64,000 bases of DNA, from NCBI RefSeq assembly GCF_006345805.1, contig NC_043010.1:41478001-41542000 (forward strand), read 5' to 3'. How positions within the stretch are numbered: the first letter of the stretch is position 1; every line of letters begins with the position of its first letter. A model generated the notes under the pieces. The model had not been told where the DNA came from. It ran no database searches and was given only the letters and a program-made list of their open reading frames with translations. The position numbers and the translations under genes were made by a program. The stretch is from Octopus sinensis (Eukaryota). This document shows, piece by piece, positions 49,960 to 64,000 of this stretch.

Positions 49960-51900
49960 CGCCTGAAAACACACTTATCGGGGTTGATTCGCACATTGTA
50001 GGTGCGAAGACGCTGAAAAAGTTGAGATAAGTATTGGAGATGATTTTCACGCGTGTCGCTAGCTATGAGCAAATCATCGACGTAAGCAAACACAAAATCA
50101 AGTCCACGGACAACTTCATCCATGAACTTCTGAAATGTACTCGTTGCATTCCGCAAACCGAAGCTCATAAACAGGAACTCGAAACTTTCAATGCGGGGTA
50201 GTGACGGCAGTTTTGGGAATGTTGTCAGGGTTCATTGGAATCTGATGGTAAGCCCGGATGAGGTCAACCTTGGAAAAAATGGTACAATCATGCAAGTTCG
50301 AAGAAAAATCCTAGAGAATCCTTATAGGATAGCGATCGGGAACCGTGACCGCATTTAAATGTCTGCAATACCCCACCAGGCGAAAGACTGAATCCCCTTT
50401 CCTTGTCAAATGTAGAGGAGATGCACAAGTGCTGGTAGAAGGGCGAATTAGGCCGAATTAAAGCATATGTTCAAACTCAGAACGAGCTTTTTTGAGCCGA
50501 TTAGGAGTGAGTCGCCGTGGACGCGAAAAAACGGGTGGTCCAGAAGTAGTGATATAATGGCGAGTTGAGTGTGTGACTTTCACTGATTTGAAAGTCTAAT
50601 CCACTAACTCTGGGAAAGAAGCCAAAAGGAGTGGAACTGGTCACCAGCAGTGGCGACAGAAAATGACGGACTGAAAACGGCATTAGTAGTAACGCAAGTT
50701 GGCGTGAATCGTCCACGAGTCTCTGACGTAGAATCGTCCACGATTCTCTGTCGCCAGACATCTACAAATAAGTGAAAATGGCTTAAGAAATCCGTGCCCA
50801 GAATGGGATATGGTAGATCTGCTATAACAAAAACCCACCCAAAATCCCTTCGAAGGTTGAGATCTAGGTGTAATGAAACCTGACCGTAAGTTTTTATCGG
50901 GGATAGATTCACCGTGTGCAGGTTGATGGCAATTGCTTCAGCTTGTCTGAAGTAAAACGCAAAGACCAAATAGAACAACTGGATCCAGTGTCAACCATAG
51001 GCGCTTTGCCAGACACACGATCTTTAACAAAGAATGCACGATTAGATGTGAATTTGCGGGAAGAATCTGACGAGCTCAAATCTTCCGTAACTAGTTTCCC
51101 GACAACTGGAACGAACATGGTTGGATGCAACGACGGGCTTTCTCCTTGAAGGTGGTATGGTACCAGCAGAGATTGGAACCCGTTGGAGTAGACCTAGTCG
51201 ACTGTGACTTAGAACAGCTTCTGCTGCGAGGGCGACGAGAGCTGGCGTGTTCTCGTTACAATGTGTTCATGCGACGTGCTAACGCATAGACTCTCTCCAA
51301 AATGTTGTCATGTGACGAGGGAGTGGATTTAGCGGTATTAGAGGAAGCTACTACGGTGTTCGAACAGGTATGATGAGGTGCAAGCTGCACAGTGAACTCA
51401 ATAATTTTGTTCACCATGGTGGCTAACTGGTCGAGCGAATTTGAGTCAACCGCTATGGCCAGTACGGATTGGACATTCGGCGGCAGCCGAGAGAAAAATA
51501 ATTTTCGGGGCAGAGAATTGTCCTCTGGCGATGTGTCGCTGAGTTCACGTAAACGACAAAGAAACTCAGATGGCATCCTGTCCCCAGGACCTCATCCTGC
51601 ACCAGCGTCTGGAATTTGCTGTTGGCGGATTGGGTGTTCCGTCGGAGAACCTCAGATTTAACGGACGCATAAGTCGCGTCCGGATGTGGGTCAGTGATAA
51701 TATCTCTCACTGAGCGTGCAAGAGGGGCAGGCATCCCACAGTACAATAGACTTAGTTGCTGTTCGTGAGGCACCGCATGGGCCGAAAAATAAGCGTCCAA
51801 CTGGGCGAACCAAAGCGTGATGTCACCAGAGTACACTGGTAAGTGGGGAAGACTCATTCTTTTTTCTTTACAGAGGAGGGAAAAGAAAGGACCGAAAAAA
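49960..51900 (-). mobile_element. Gypsy LTR retrotransposon remnant (CsRn1-like gag, protease, RT)
   Basis: gag LWFAQLDAYF..VRDII..Y..VK; protease VDTGSS..ILGTDFL; RT SFGLRNATSTFQ..AYVDDLLIAS. RNase H and integrase are absent. Confidence 0.88.
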
Positions 51901-52091
51901 ACGCCGACAAAGTGTTGCTGGAACAGTAACGTGTGTGCGAAAAAAAATTTACTTAAGAAAATTTTTGATTTATTTTTTTGTGTACTGTGTGCAGTAATGA
52001 AAAAAAATTCGCTTTTTAGTCGTTAACCCTTTGTTGCAGTCCGCTGAAAAAGATAGGATAGTTAGATAGATAGACAGACAAAGAAAAACAG

Positions 52092-52141
<50 letters not shown>

Positions 52142-52177
52142 TATATAGATATATAGATAGATAGATAGATAGATAGA

Positions 52178-54020
52178 TACCAAGTATAGCATTTTTTCTA
52201 TTCGTTTGGTAATCATGCCATCTTCCCAACTTTGTTTTCCGTTCTTATCTGCCCTAACAAATACATTTTCACCAATTTTGAAATATCTTGTATTATCCAT
52301 TGCAGTTTTTCTTTTCTTTCCAGGTAGTAATTTGTTGAAGACTGATTTTATTTTCCTCGCAAACATTTAGCTCTGCTGATGACATACCTACTGCTGTGTT
52401 TAGATTTGGCGTCACACGGTATAGTCTTAAGAACTGTTGTAGAGCTATCCCATCCGTGACTTCTTTATTCAACTCTCTTAGGGCTCTTTTGAACGTATCG
52501 ACAAAGCGTTCTGCTAGTCCGTTAAATCGGGGATGGTATAGTGCCCTTAGTTGCATGTTCTACAGCGAATGTTTTACAAAACTTTTAAAACTCAGAAGAC
52601 ACAAATTGCGTTCCATTGTCAGACACTATCACAGCTCATGTAGAAAATTTGTCGCAGTTGAGGAGGTTGGCTTTTTACTTTTAAACATTTCTGACAATTT
52701 AGAGAAACTATCAACTACCACTAAGTAGTATGAGCCGTTTAAAAACTGAGCGAAATTGATGTGTAGTCTCGTCCTCGGAACATCTTCTTTTGGTCAAGGT
52801 TCACTTTTTATCGTCGGTAATTTTGCTGCTAGAGCACTTCCTCTACAGCCTTTCACTAGATTTTCGATATCTCTATCCATTTTTAGCCAGTACACGTAGT
52901 TACGCATTAAAGCTTTCATCCTCGAAATACCAGGATGTCCAAAATGAAATTCTTTCAACATTTTCTTTTGTAGTATCTTAGGCATTACTACTCTCTGCGC
53001 ATACATCAATACGCCATCACAAATTGAGCATAAGATAATTATCTTGCTTTCGTTTCGCACCAATCCCGTTCCTAGTTACTTTTCCTGCCCACAGTATTCT
53101 TTTAATTTCTGTTATGAATTGGTCCTTTTCCGCATTTCGTTTTATGTCTTCTAGGAGCACCGGTAATTCGCGTACCACATTCCACATTACAATGTTTTAT
53201 TTCTCCTTCTGATCTCAATACTGCGATTACCGTGTCTTCCAATGGCTCGCAGTGTTTCGGCATCGGTCTGGGGAAATCATCCGCATGCCCTATACTTTTT
53301 GACGGTAAATATTCCATTTTGTAATCATAATTCAATAATGTAGTGCCCCATCGCTGCAATCTATTCGCTTCTTCCATGAATAAATCTATGGAATTTTTTT
53401 TTCCACCGAATATGATTGTTAACGCTTCCTTTTCTATCTGGCCATAGTTCCTTTCAACGAGTAATAACGATCGTGACGCGCGAGCATTTTTACTGCCATC
53501 GTCATATTTTTGCAGAAGCACGGCTCTTATACCGTAATCATTTGCATCTGTAGCCAATATAATATCCAACTTCGGATCAAAATGCGTTAACGATGAGTTC
53601 AATGTTAAAATGTTTTTTAATTTGTCAAATGCCTTCTGGCACTTATCAGTCCAGCGCCATTTTGCATTTTTCTTTAACAAATCATTTAGCGAGGCCCTTA
53701 TATTGTGTGTACTGTGAATGTAAATTTGGTAGTAATTTACTAAACCCAAGATTGCTTGTAGCATAGTCACATTCTTCGGCATGGGTATATATCTTTTATC
53801 GCAGTCGCTCTGGATGGATCCGGTTTCCGTCCGTTTTTATCTATTATCTGGCTCAATTTAATTTTTAATTTTTTACAGGAAGAACTCGCATTTTTTTTTC
53901 CAGATAATTTAAAACAGTATTCTCCTATCATTTCGTATACCCTTTTTACGAGTTCTACATGTTGATCGTGTGATTCGCTTTTTATTAAGATATCGTCTAA
54001 ATAGGCGATAGTAAAACCAC
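52178..54020 (-). mobile_element. Second Gypsy remnant (Mag-like RT, RNase H, integrase)
   Basis: LGLVNYY; LATDANDYGIRAVL; NYGQIEKEALTII; HFGHPGISRMKALMRNYVYW; YHPRFNGLAERFVDTFK. Confidence 0.88.
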
Positions 54021-54161
54021 AGTCACCTCAGCATTGTATATGTAAGAAGTAAGATCACATGCGGTCGTATCGTGCCGGGAATACGGTCGCATGCGGTTCT
54101 ACTCTTAACGAAATCATTACAAGCCATAAAATACATACAACGACAATAGGACATAAGTGAA

Positions 54162-54785
54162 TTGACACAAGTCTTCTGTTGATAGATAAATATTATTTAT
54201 TTACATATTTTACAATCATGCTGATGTTGGGAGTTTGTAAGTGTTAGCATGTTTTTGTGTCTGTGTGTTCGTAAGGCATAAAAGGTACTGACCATAGGAT
54301 TAACCACGGAACTCGGTTTACAGTTCATGTTGTTTGTATCAGTATAGCACAGGTAGTAGCAGAAACAATCGCCTATCTCTAAGTTGAGCAGCAAGCAGAA
54401 ACAATCGCATATCTCTAAGTTGATCAGTAGGTGGTCTAAGTTAGTTCTTAGAAGAACTAGAACTCAAGACAAAAATGCCTGTGAAAACTGGTTTTTATAC
54501 TATTTGGTTGGCTCACCGAACTCCAGAAAATGGAATTTTAACCGAAGGTCTTGATTGGTTGATTCGCGATTGGCGCGAAATAAGTCGAGACAATTCGCGT
54601 CACGTGTCAACCAGTGGCGCGGACTACGCAGGGACCCTCGTGTCACATGTCCACCAGTGGCGCGAACTACGCAGGGACCCTCGTGTCACACGTCAACCAA
54701 TCAAGCTAGTGTTTAGAAAAAGAACAAGTTGGCCAAAGATGGTTTTAAGCTCAAACGAGATTATTTCTGCTTTGCCGTTCACACA
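54162..54785 (-). mobile_element. Probable solo LTR with internal 43-bp and roughly 35-bp tandem duplications
   Basis: Flanked by GTGAA at 54157-54161 and 54786-54790; minus strand TGTG...TCA(A), TATAAA near 54495, AATAAA near 54200. Confidence 0.5.
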
Positions 54786-55074
54786 GTGAAGATATTAGAT
54801 ATTGCTATAGTCATATAACAAAGTGGCTGAAACTGCCACGCTACATATACATTACTTGCAGAAATAAAGAAGAAACCACTTTTACACTGAAGGGAAGCCG
54901 ATTAAATTTACGATAAGCCACGGTGTGTATTAATGAATAATAAGTGTGAGAATTCTTCGACTTGGATTTGTAGATATGCCTCTGAGAGGTTTAATTTTGA
55001 GAAGAATTTCTCTCCATTCCATTTTACGAACATTCCTCAGGATTCAGCATTGGTTAGTTATGTGAGATTAAGCA

Positions 55075-55790
<716 letters not shown>

Positions 55791-56439
55791 ACACATACAC
55801 ATGAAAACCAAGACAGAAGATGGAGATAAGATTAATAAAAGTTTATCAATACATTGACAAAGCCAGACCTACAATTGTTTCAATTCGTCTCTTGCAGTAT
55901 AAAATCAACCAAGTTTAATTTAATTTAGCTAAATCAATCTGCTTGATTACTACAAGCGACAATATCTTCAGGGAAGGGCGTAGAAAGAAATTTATCATAT
56001 TTAAAACATAATGAAAACATTAAGCAGGAAAAGTACAGTATACCATTAAAGTTTAAAATATATAGAGTTATAAAAATAGATAGTTATAAAAATAGTTATA
56101 GTCATAAATTAATATAAATAACGATAATGTTAATGCAGACGTACTCATGCAAAAATTATTCGTATTGGGCTGTTTTTAGAAATGTTGTAAACAACATTTC
56201 CCTTGGATTTAAAAATTTCAATTATCATCATCACCATTATCATCTCCTCTATTATTGTTGTCATTGTTGTTGGTGGTGGTGGTAGGAATAGCTGTGGTAA
56301 TAGAACTTTAAATCCAAAAATAAGTCAAGAGAAAAGCTAGTAAAATACTGACTTTTCTCTTGGCTTAGCTCGTATTTTCTTGCTATCGTCATCATGAGCA
56401 CCTTAATTATTATTGTTGTTGTTAGTGGTAGTGGTCGTA

Positions 56440-56780
56440 GCACTCGCCTCCTTATGATAGTTCAAAATATCTCGTGGAAGCGTCATCCAACCAAAGTACA
56501 AATATATGGGAAATTACCACCTGTATCATCTCTTGTGAAAGGTAGAAGAGTCCAGTTTGCTGGACATTGTTGTAGAGCTGAAAACGAGGTAATTTCTACT
56601 CTTCTCTCTGGAAGCCATCTGCTCGCGATACCAGAGGGCGCACACTCTCCTACCCTGTTGTAATCTCCAGGGATACAGGCATCCAGCAACAGGACCTCCC
56701 TAATGCTATGATGGACCGTGAGCTCTGGCGTAACATAGTAAATTCCATTGTCTCGACCACGGTCGAACAATGATGATGAG
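56440..56780 (+). mobile_element. RTE-clade LINE 3' end with (TGA)n tail
   Basis: NISWKRHPTKVQIYGKLPPVSSLVKGRRVQFAGHCCRAE..MMDRELWR. Confidence 0.8.
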
Positions 56781-56789
56781 CAGTAGAAA

Positions 56790-57900
56790 TAGTACCTCTA
56801 AGTATTGGTATTATTGCTTATTTAGCTTGGGTTGGAATTTATTAATAAAGTTATTTTCTCTGATTTTTCTCTTAATTTCACTTGGACTATGTAGTTTGTA
56901 AATTGGAAATATAAATGTTGCTAGATGGTTACTCAAAGGTATCTGACGGACATCTGGGTCTCTAATTTGCTGTCAGTGCGTACGCGAACGTTCTGATAGT
57001 GTATTTCCAGTTTGACCTACATATAGTTCTTCACAATTCGAGCATTTGATGCAGTAAATTAAATTTCTGATTTCGCAGTTCATATTTACATTTGTGAATA
57101 TTTTTCCGGTGCTTGATTTCATATCTTGGCCGGTATGTATGAATTGGTATGTGCCACATCGGCTATCATTGCATTTAGATACAGTGAATGATTGGTCTTT
57201 GTTACTAAGGTCAAGCTTTGCCTTTGTTAATAATTTTTCAAGTTTTTAGGCTTTTACTAAGAACCCTAGCTCGATCTGTGATGGTATCTTTTAATTCCTT
57301 ACTTTGAGCAATGATTAGAATGTTGAAGTTATTCTGGTGACATGGGTTGTGTGACACTATAAATGGTATTACTTGTTCTTGCTTTCCTCTTCTTTGGGTT
57401 GTCCTACGTTGTTGCATGGCTTTATTTTATAGCCTGCTGTATGATATTTTCTATAAGTAGAGACGGGTACTTTTGTTTGAGCAAAAATTCTCTTAGTTCT
57501 GTTCGGCGTTTGTTCCTGATATTTGCATCCTCCACAATGGTACAAATTCTTCTGGCTAGGCGGTATGGGATGTGACGTTTTGTATGTGGTGGATGACACG
57601 ACTTAAATTCAGGTATTGATGTGTGCCCGTGTTTGTAGTATATATCTGTGGTAATGGTGGTATCCTTTTTAATTACCATTATATCTAGGAATGGTCATTT
57701 GGTACTACTCATCTCCTTTGTAAATTGGAGAGATGTATGTAGGTTGTTCAGGAAGATATTGAACTCTTTCAGAGTATTTAGAGAATCTGTCCAGATTATG
57801 AAACGACTATCAAGTGAAGCATTGACGACAAAACATTTGTGGGGTAAATAACGTGCAAATTCGACTAAGAGGCATGTCATGTCTCCGCTTGGAGGAATCC
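56790..57900 (-). mobile_element. Penelope-like element (RT, thumb, GIY-YIG)
   Basis: SCHPPHTKRHIPYRLARRICTIV; SKCNDSRC; LIYCIKCSNCEELYVGQTG; FQPKLN*. Confidence 0.85.
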
Positions 57901-58789
57901 AGGTCCTAACCTGTCATGGAAAACTGGAGTTGAGAGGTAAGTGATTTTTGAACGCGCCGAAAAGTTATCAGTGGATATACTCTCCTTTTCGGCGGCCGGC
58001 GATGCGTCTAACACGACCCATCGTATGGTTGACAGTCGAATGAATGTAGGTATAATGGAGATATTGTATGCAAATGGGTACATTCCGCAAACGGGTTACA
58101 ATGGGAGACGGCAACGAGGAAGTGAACTGTTGAAATGCTGTTGAAGGCGAAGGGTTGACACTGGATTGCTGGTGTGGCTGTAGAATAAGAAACATAAACT
58201 GAGCCACACACACGCGCTCATAGACACATAACATTTATGTATATGTACATATATGCATGTATATTGCTGGGCGTGGGTCTCTATCACTGTAGATGTCGTG
58301 GCGGTAGTCCTCCATCGGCAACAGCAGCAGTAACACTAGCACTACAGCCAGCGATGACTACCACTACAGCAATATCGCTAGACCATGCCCAGAAACAGCA
58401 TGTGTGTGTGTGTGTGTGTAGAAGGTAGAAAGGTAACACACGAGTTGATATGTATCAGGAAAAAAGACAAGGTAGAAAATACTAAAATAATTTTATCATG
58501 AAGTACATTTTTGTCTGTCTGTCTGTCTCTTCCTTCCTTTGTGAATGCTTAGTAGGTGGGTAGTAGTAAATTTGAAGGGATAGGCTATGAGTACAGAGAA
58601 TTGATGGTTTAAGCAGGAGCACCCGAGGGAGGAGGAGAAGAAGAGGAAAAAGAAGAAGGAGGAGGGAGAGGAGGAGAAGATGAAGGAGGAAGATAAGTAA
58701 GAGTAGGGAAAGAAGAGGAAGAAGAAGAAAGAAAAGAGAAATACAGGAGTACTGTGACACAGTAGATTGTTCGTGGAATCTTCTTTAAT

Positions 58790-60420
58790 GGTCAAATGAC
58801 CTAAAAGTGACCTGTAATGGTCGTAGCAGTAGTGGTTGGAATTGTTCTAAATTCTTGTAGTAATTTCATCTGTGGAGGCATTCAAAATAGGTTTATATTT
58901 TGCGATAGATTATGTTCCTTTGCTAATGCGCTGATTATAGGTTGCATTGTCCCTGAATTTATAGAGCAGAAAAATTCTAAAGTTGGATTGTTCGTTAGTG
59001 ACGCAAATATCGATGTGCTCGCTTAATTCTATTTTTCTGTATTCTCGTATTTGAATATCTAGGATCTATGTACGGTCATCCTCTGGCGTAGATTGTTTTT
59101 AGCTTGACTAATATATTGTTCTCGACATCCTGAGAAAGTTAATACATATATTAGGTTTTCCGAAACAGATGTGAAGTTGTTTTTCACTGTAAAACGTTGA
59201 CCCTGTTTGAAGGAGAATTCCGATCTCTCAAAAAGGGTGACATATATACTACAGTTAGGTCTAGATGTTGCTGACTAGTGTACTTGGGCCTATGTTAGAA
59301 GACCTTTCATTGACTTGGGCTGTTTTTTGCTCTTTATGATAATGTACGTTTGGAGGATTTGATCCATTCTATGATCCCTTTTTAGTAAAGGGATGTTCTG
59401 GAGGATGGAGTTGAAGGCCTCATTGATTAGGGGGTCGTGCGTGGATATGTATGGTAGGGCTTTTGGTTGTAAATCCTTCTTTAGTTTGTGGTGTCTGAGT
59501 TAGTGGATGTTGAGTTGTAGGGCACGTTGAAAACCTATATCAATTAGTGATGGCGGGTAGTTTCTGCTGATGAGTTTATCCTTTAGCTCATGTAGTCGTG
59601 AGTCCCTGGTGCTTGTATCAAATCCTTTTTGCCAGATTGTAAGGGATTTTCATTCTAGTGTGTCTGGGTTGAATGGCAGATATTGCTTGGAGTTTGTAGA
59701 CTTATAGTCTGTTTCTATTTTATTGTTGGATTTCTTAATGAGGACGTCGAAGAATGGAAGTTGTTGGGAGCTATATCCCATCGCAAACTGAATGTTTATG
59801 TGAAGTCCATTCAGAAGTGCTTGAATTTCTTTAAGTCTCTCTATACTTTCGTGCCAAAGAATGAAACAGTAATCTAGATATCTTTTCCAGTTATTTTCTA
59901 CGTGGAGGGTGAATGGGTTTCAGTATTTTTCTAGTACCTTACGATAAAGATTGATTTCTAGGTAACCCATGACTAGGTTAGCAAAGGAGGGGGGCCATTC
60001 GCGTACTCATCGTAGCCTCCGCTGACTGTCGATAGAAGTTGTCCTAAATACGAAGAAGTTATTCTCCAAGATGAATTTTAGCCCTTCTATTACGAATTCT
60101 TTTTTGATGCAGTGTGGTAGTTCATTGGAATAATACTGTAGTCAGAATTGAATTGCCTCTATTCCTAGGCTGTGGGGAATATTGGAATAGAGGTTGACTA
60201 CATCAAAGGATACAAGTAGGGTGTTTTATTTATTGTTTCAGGGAGGTGATTGAGCATATCTAGGCCGTCTCTTATGTAGCTTTTGATATACTATAGGAGT
60301 GGTTTTTTAAGAGGGTGTCTAAGAAGTTACTGAGGCAGTGAGTTTCGCATGCGGGGCCTGCTATTATGGGTCTTAATTTGAGGTCATTAGGAGTAAGTAC
60401 CTTGACTATTATATCTGTAG
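58790..60420 (-). mobile_element. Second Penelope-like element, decayed; inverted partial copy at 60452-60670
   Basis: LVSFDVVNLYSNIP-like segment; LIYVLTFSGCREQYISQ; 59330-59525 is repeated in reverse at 60452-60670. Confidence 0.8.
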
Positions 60421-62169
60421 TTCCCCTGCACGCGATACTTATTTTTTCACTTTTATGCCCTACAACTCAACATCCACGAACTCAGACACCCTAAACTAAA
60501 GAAATATTTATAACCAAAAGCCCTACCATACATATCCACGCACAACCCCCTAAACAATGAGGCCTTCGACACCATCTTCCAGAAAAACCCTTTACTAAAA
60601 AGGGGCCATAAAAATGGATGAAATCCTCCAAACGCACACCACCATAAAGTGAAAAGGACAAACCAAATATCGGCTCAGAGAGACAACTCCAAAAGCTAGG
60701 ATCTCTGCAGGAGGTCAGCTCTAGGCGGTATCCCGATTGGTCAGAATTTCCCTATTTTAGCCAATCGTAACATTGGATGTAGTGACTAAATGTTGCTGCT
60801 GCATATATAATATACAATACAAATGAATACCTGTCAATTCATTTAATGCTACATATATTTCAATAGCATAGCTATATATTTGTACACGATGCATTACAAA
60901 ATGTAGTGTGATATTGCATAATATTCGTCATTTAATATACTTTATTATTTATTAAGTATCAGTTGCGTACTAGGGTCGATCTAATCGACTGGCCTCTTCC
61001 CCAAAATTTCGGGCCTTGTGCCTAGAGCGGAAAAGAATATACTATATTATTTGTCATTTTGTCATTTGTCAGAAGCCATGAGGTGACGAAAGATAGATTG
61101 AACTGCGAAAAATACAATTCCATGAAATATTTGGAAGTTAAATAAATCACGCTAATAGCAGGAGGGTATTTAATTAGAAAAAAAAAAAACAGCCAGTCAG
61201 CCAGTGCTTTCTTAGCAACAACAGTTTACTCTACAGAAGTTGGAGTTTTTAGTATTTTCAGGCACTATTTCGTAAATGTTTGTCAACAAAGTGTTCCGTT
61301 AATGGTTATAAAACAAAAAAATTATAATCTAGATCAACTTTCCAGAAACAAAATAATACAAAATGAAGTACTTCTTCCACTTTATTTTTACAACTTCTTT
61401 CACTGATTGAAGTAATCAACTTCGAGTCAATTGGGAAATTCTATGTTGTTACTCACCACAGATAGAAGCCAAATCTTCCTCAAATCACTCTCTGCCCTCT
61501 TAAAAACAAAGGCATGACCTTTTGGGCAATATAATCTGAGACACTTTTTGTCTGAATAAAAGACAGTGTGATTTTCGCTGAATTTATTACATGATCGAGA
61601 ACTAAATAACAGCAATCAAATAGCCTACATTCACGGATGACCTATTTTGTAATAGTTTACACCCAGTGTCTTGACAGGATATATTTAAGATATTCGAGTA
61701 ATGCCACGATATGAAAGGACAAAGGTTTTTATTACATACTAGCAGAGATACCCGGCGTTGCTCGGGATTAAATTATAATAGTTTGTATATTTACAAGCAG
61801 AGATACTCGGCCTTGCTCGGGATTAAAATGGCATAGTTTATTTTCAGTTTTACTTGTTTCAGTTATGTGACTGCGGCCTTGCTGGAGCACCGCTGTTAGT
61901 CGAAAAATCGACCACAGGATTTATTCTTTGTAAGCCTAGCACTTATTCTATCGGAGTCTTTTGCCGAACTGCTAAGTTATGGGAATGTAAGCACAGCAAC
62001 CCCGATTGTCAAGCAATGGTGGGGGTACAAACACACACACACACGCACATACACACACAATTATACACATATACACGAGTCTTCTTTCAGTTTCCATGTA
62101 CGAAATCCATGCACAAGGCTTTGGTCAGCCTGAGGCTATAATACATGCATGCATGCATACATACATACA

Positions 62170-62205
<36 letters not shown>

Positions 62206-62328
62206 TATACATACACACCTACATATATATACATAAATATATATATATATATACATACATATATATATACATATATATATACATATACATATACATATAT
62301 ATACATATATATACATATACATATATAT

Positions 62329-62381
<53 letters not shown>

Positions 62382-63508
62382 CAAATTGAGATAGGGGTTG
62401 TAAATGCAACCCTCCATGGGATAACATATATCCAATATACTGCTAGATATATTTCTCCATTTTCTTATTTTGTATATATATATATATATAGTTAATCCAA
62501 ATATGAAAACACAACAACGTGAGGACGTGGGACAAATATAGTATTATTGGACGGCCAGGAAGGAAGTGAAGAAGAATGCGTCTAACACGACCCATCGTAT
62601 GGTTGACAGTCGAATAAATGTAGGTGTAATGGAGTTATTGTACGTAAATTGGCACATTCCGCAAATGGGCTACAATGGTCACTGTTTGATGAGCTTTGAA
62701 AAAAAAAACCAAATTTCGACCCTGAAGACAAAAAAAAGAAAAGAAGCTGAAGATGACAGGAGAATATCATCAAATTTATACAAAACTATTTAATTAAATA
62801 TTCGTCTTTCTCTCTTTTTCTTTCCATTTTTCTGTCGTCTTCTTTTTTTGTGTCTTTTTTTTTTCGCCTGTTATAAAATTGTAACTTAAAAACTGATGAT
62901 GTCATTCCATCAACGTGTGGACGCTGGTTGCTCTCGTTCATACTTTACGTTTAAATTTCTGTAATTTTGAATTTTTATAACTTCTTATTTTGAACTTGAC
63001 AACACAGACTTACTGTTGAAATATCTTTCAACCAATAAAATATCCATTACAATCGAATCGCGCTCTTCGTCTTGACTGTTTACCTTTGTGAAGAGTTACG
63101 TCAATCCTTTTTAAAATATTATCATTATTATTATTATTATTTCTGAAAGGTGGGTGAATTGTGCGAGAATGGCCAGTATAAATGGACCAGTTCTCAGGTT
63201 TCGCCTGTAATTCAAAAAGGTAATATAAAAGGAGAAAAGGGACTCTCTACCCCCCTTTTGACCAGGCTCCCGTTGGCTTTTATGGGGTTTTTTCCATCAG
63301 GAACCTTTCGAAGCGCCTCCCCCTATTGGGAGTTTTTAATTGTTACAATCATTCTTTGTTAAACTGTTTTTTACACGATTTTTTCACAAACGGACAAAAC
63401 CCTTTGTAACCTTTCGTCCTGTTTTGTCCCTTTATGTTTTCTAATCATGTGTGTCAGCCCTTGTGGCCAATAAAAAAAAAGAATGAATTATTATTATAAT
63501 TATTATTA

Positions 63509-63558
<50 letters not shown>

Positions 63559-64000
63559 AATGTAACGTTTGGCAATGCTTTGTTCGTTGTAAATATGTTG
63601 TCCAACTAGCTTATGTTCACAAGTTAACAAATAGGAGATAAACTTGAAACTTCCAAGAATGGTTCTGGAGACAAAAAGCCTCTATCGCTGCAATATACAT
63701 TGCGTTCATTAAAGCTACTTTGGAGTTCTCAATGCAGTTATCAAAAATAATATTGTAAATACGATTAAGGAGTACGTACTTGTCAGAATTTCCATGATCC
63801 AGCAAACCTCCGCCAAGGCAACACCAATGTCCTCTCAGCGATTAGCCGGAGGTGATTTTTAAAATGAGAAATAAACTCGATTGCTCTCACAAACGAGAAT
63901 ACTAAAAATGAACCCGACTCTGTGGGAACTAGGACTGTTTTCTCTATGAAGGTCTTTTATTAGTCTACCCACTGATATAGTGTCTTTACGAACATTAAGG

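Noticed and set aside
60740-60770. Paired CCAAT boxes as a promoter
   Set aside because: No associated exon or other support.

Overview
AT-rich, microsatellite- and transposon-dense animal genomic DNA. The SINE families and repeat landscape look like an octopod cephalopod (inference, not verified). The one host gene I can identify is GOLGA7/GCP16 (palmitoyltransferase cofactor) on the minus strand, with four coding exons I could splice in frame: 25175/25188-25056, 23888-23736, 19318-19217 and 17445-17374 (148 aa from the exon-internal ATG). Its 5' end is unresolved; candidate upstream exons lie at about 29.2, 39.0, 45.8 and 48.9 kb. One plus-strand exon of an unidentified gene may lie at 5993-6090. 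The rest is decayed mobile DNA: Penelope-like elements (GIY-YIG), L1/Tx1, CR1, RTE/BovB, R4-like and CRE-like LINEs, three Gypsy remnants, two probable solo LTRs, Tc1 (DD34E), piggyBac, Helitron ends, MITEs and at least four SINE families. The most interesting signal is a set of short non-coding elements with Penelope-type minimal hammerhead ribozyme motifs from three sequence families. Two have back-to-back inverted ribozyme pairs: a perfect 188-bp palindrome 96 nt into a GOLGA7 intron, and one flanking a tRNA-derived Pol III head. All calls are by-eye; no database searches were run.
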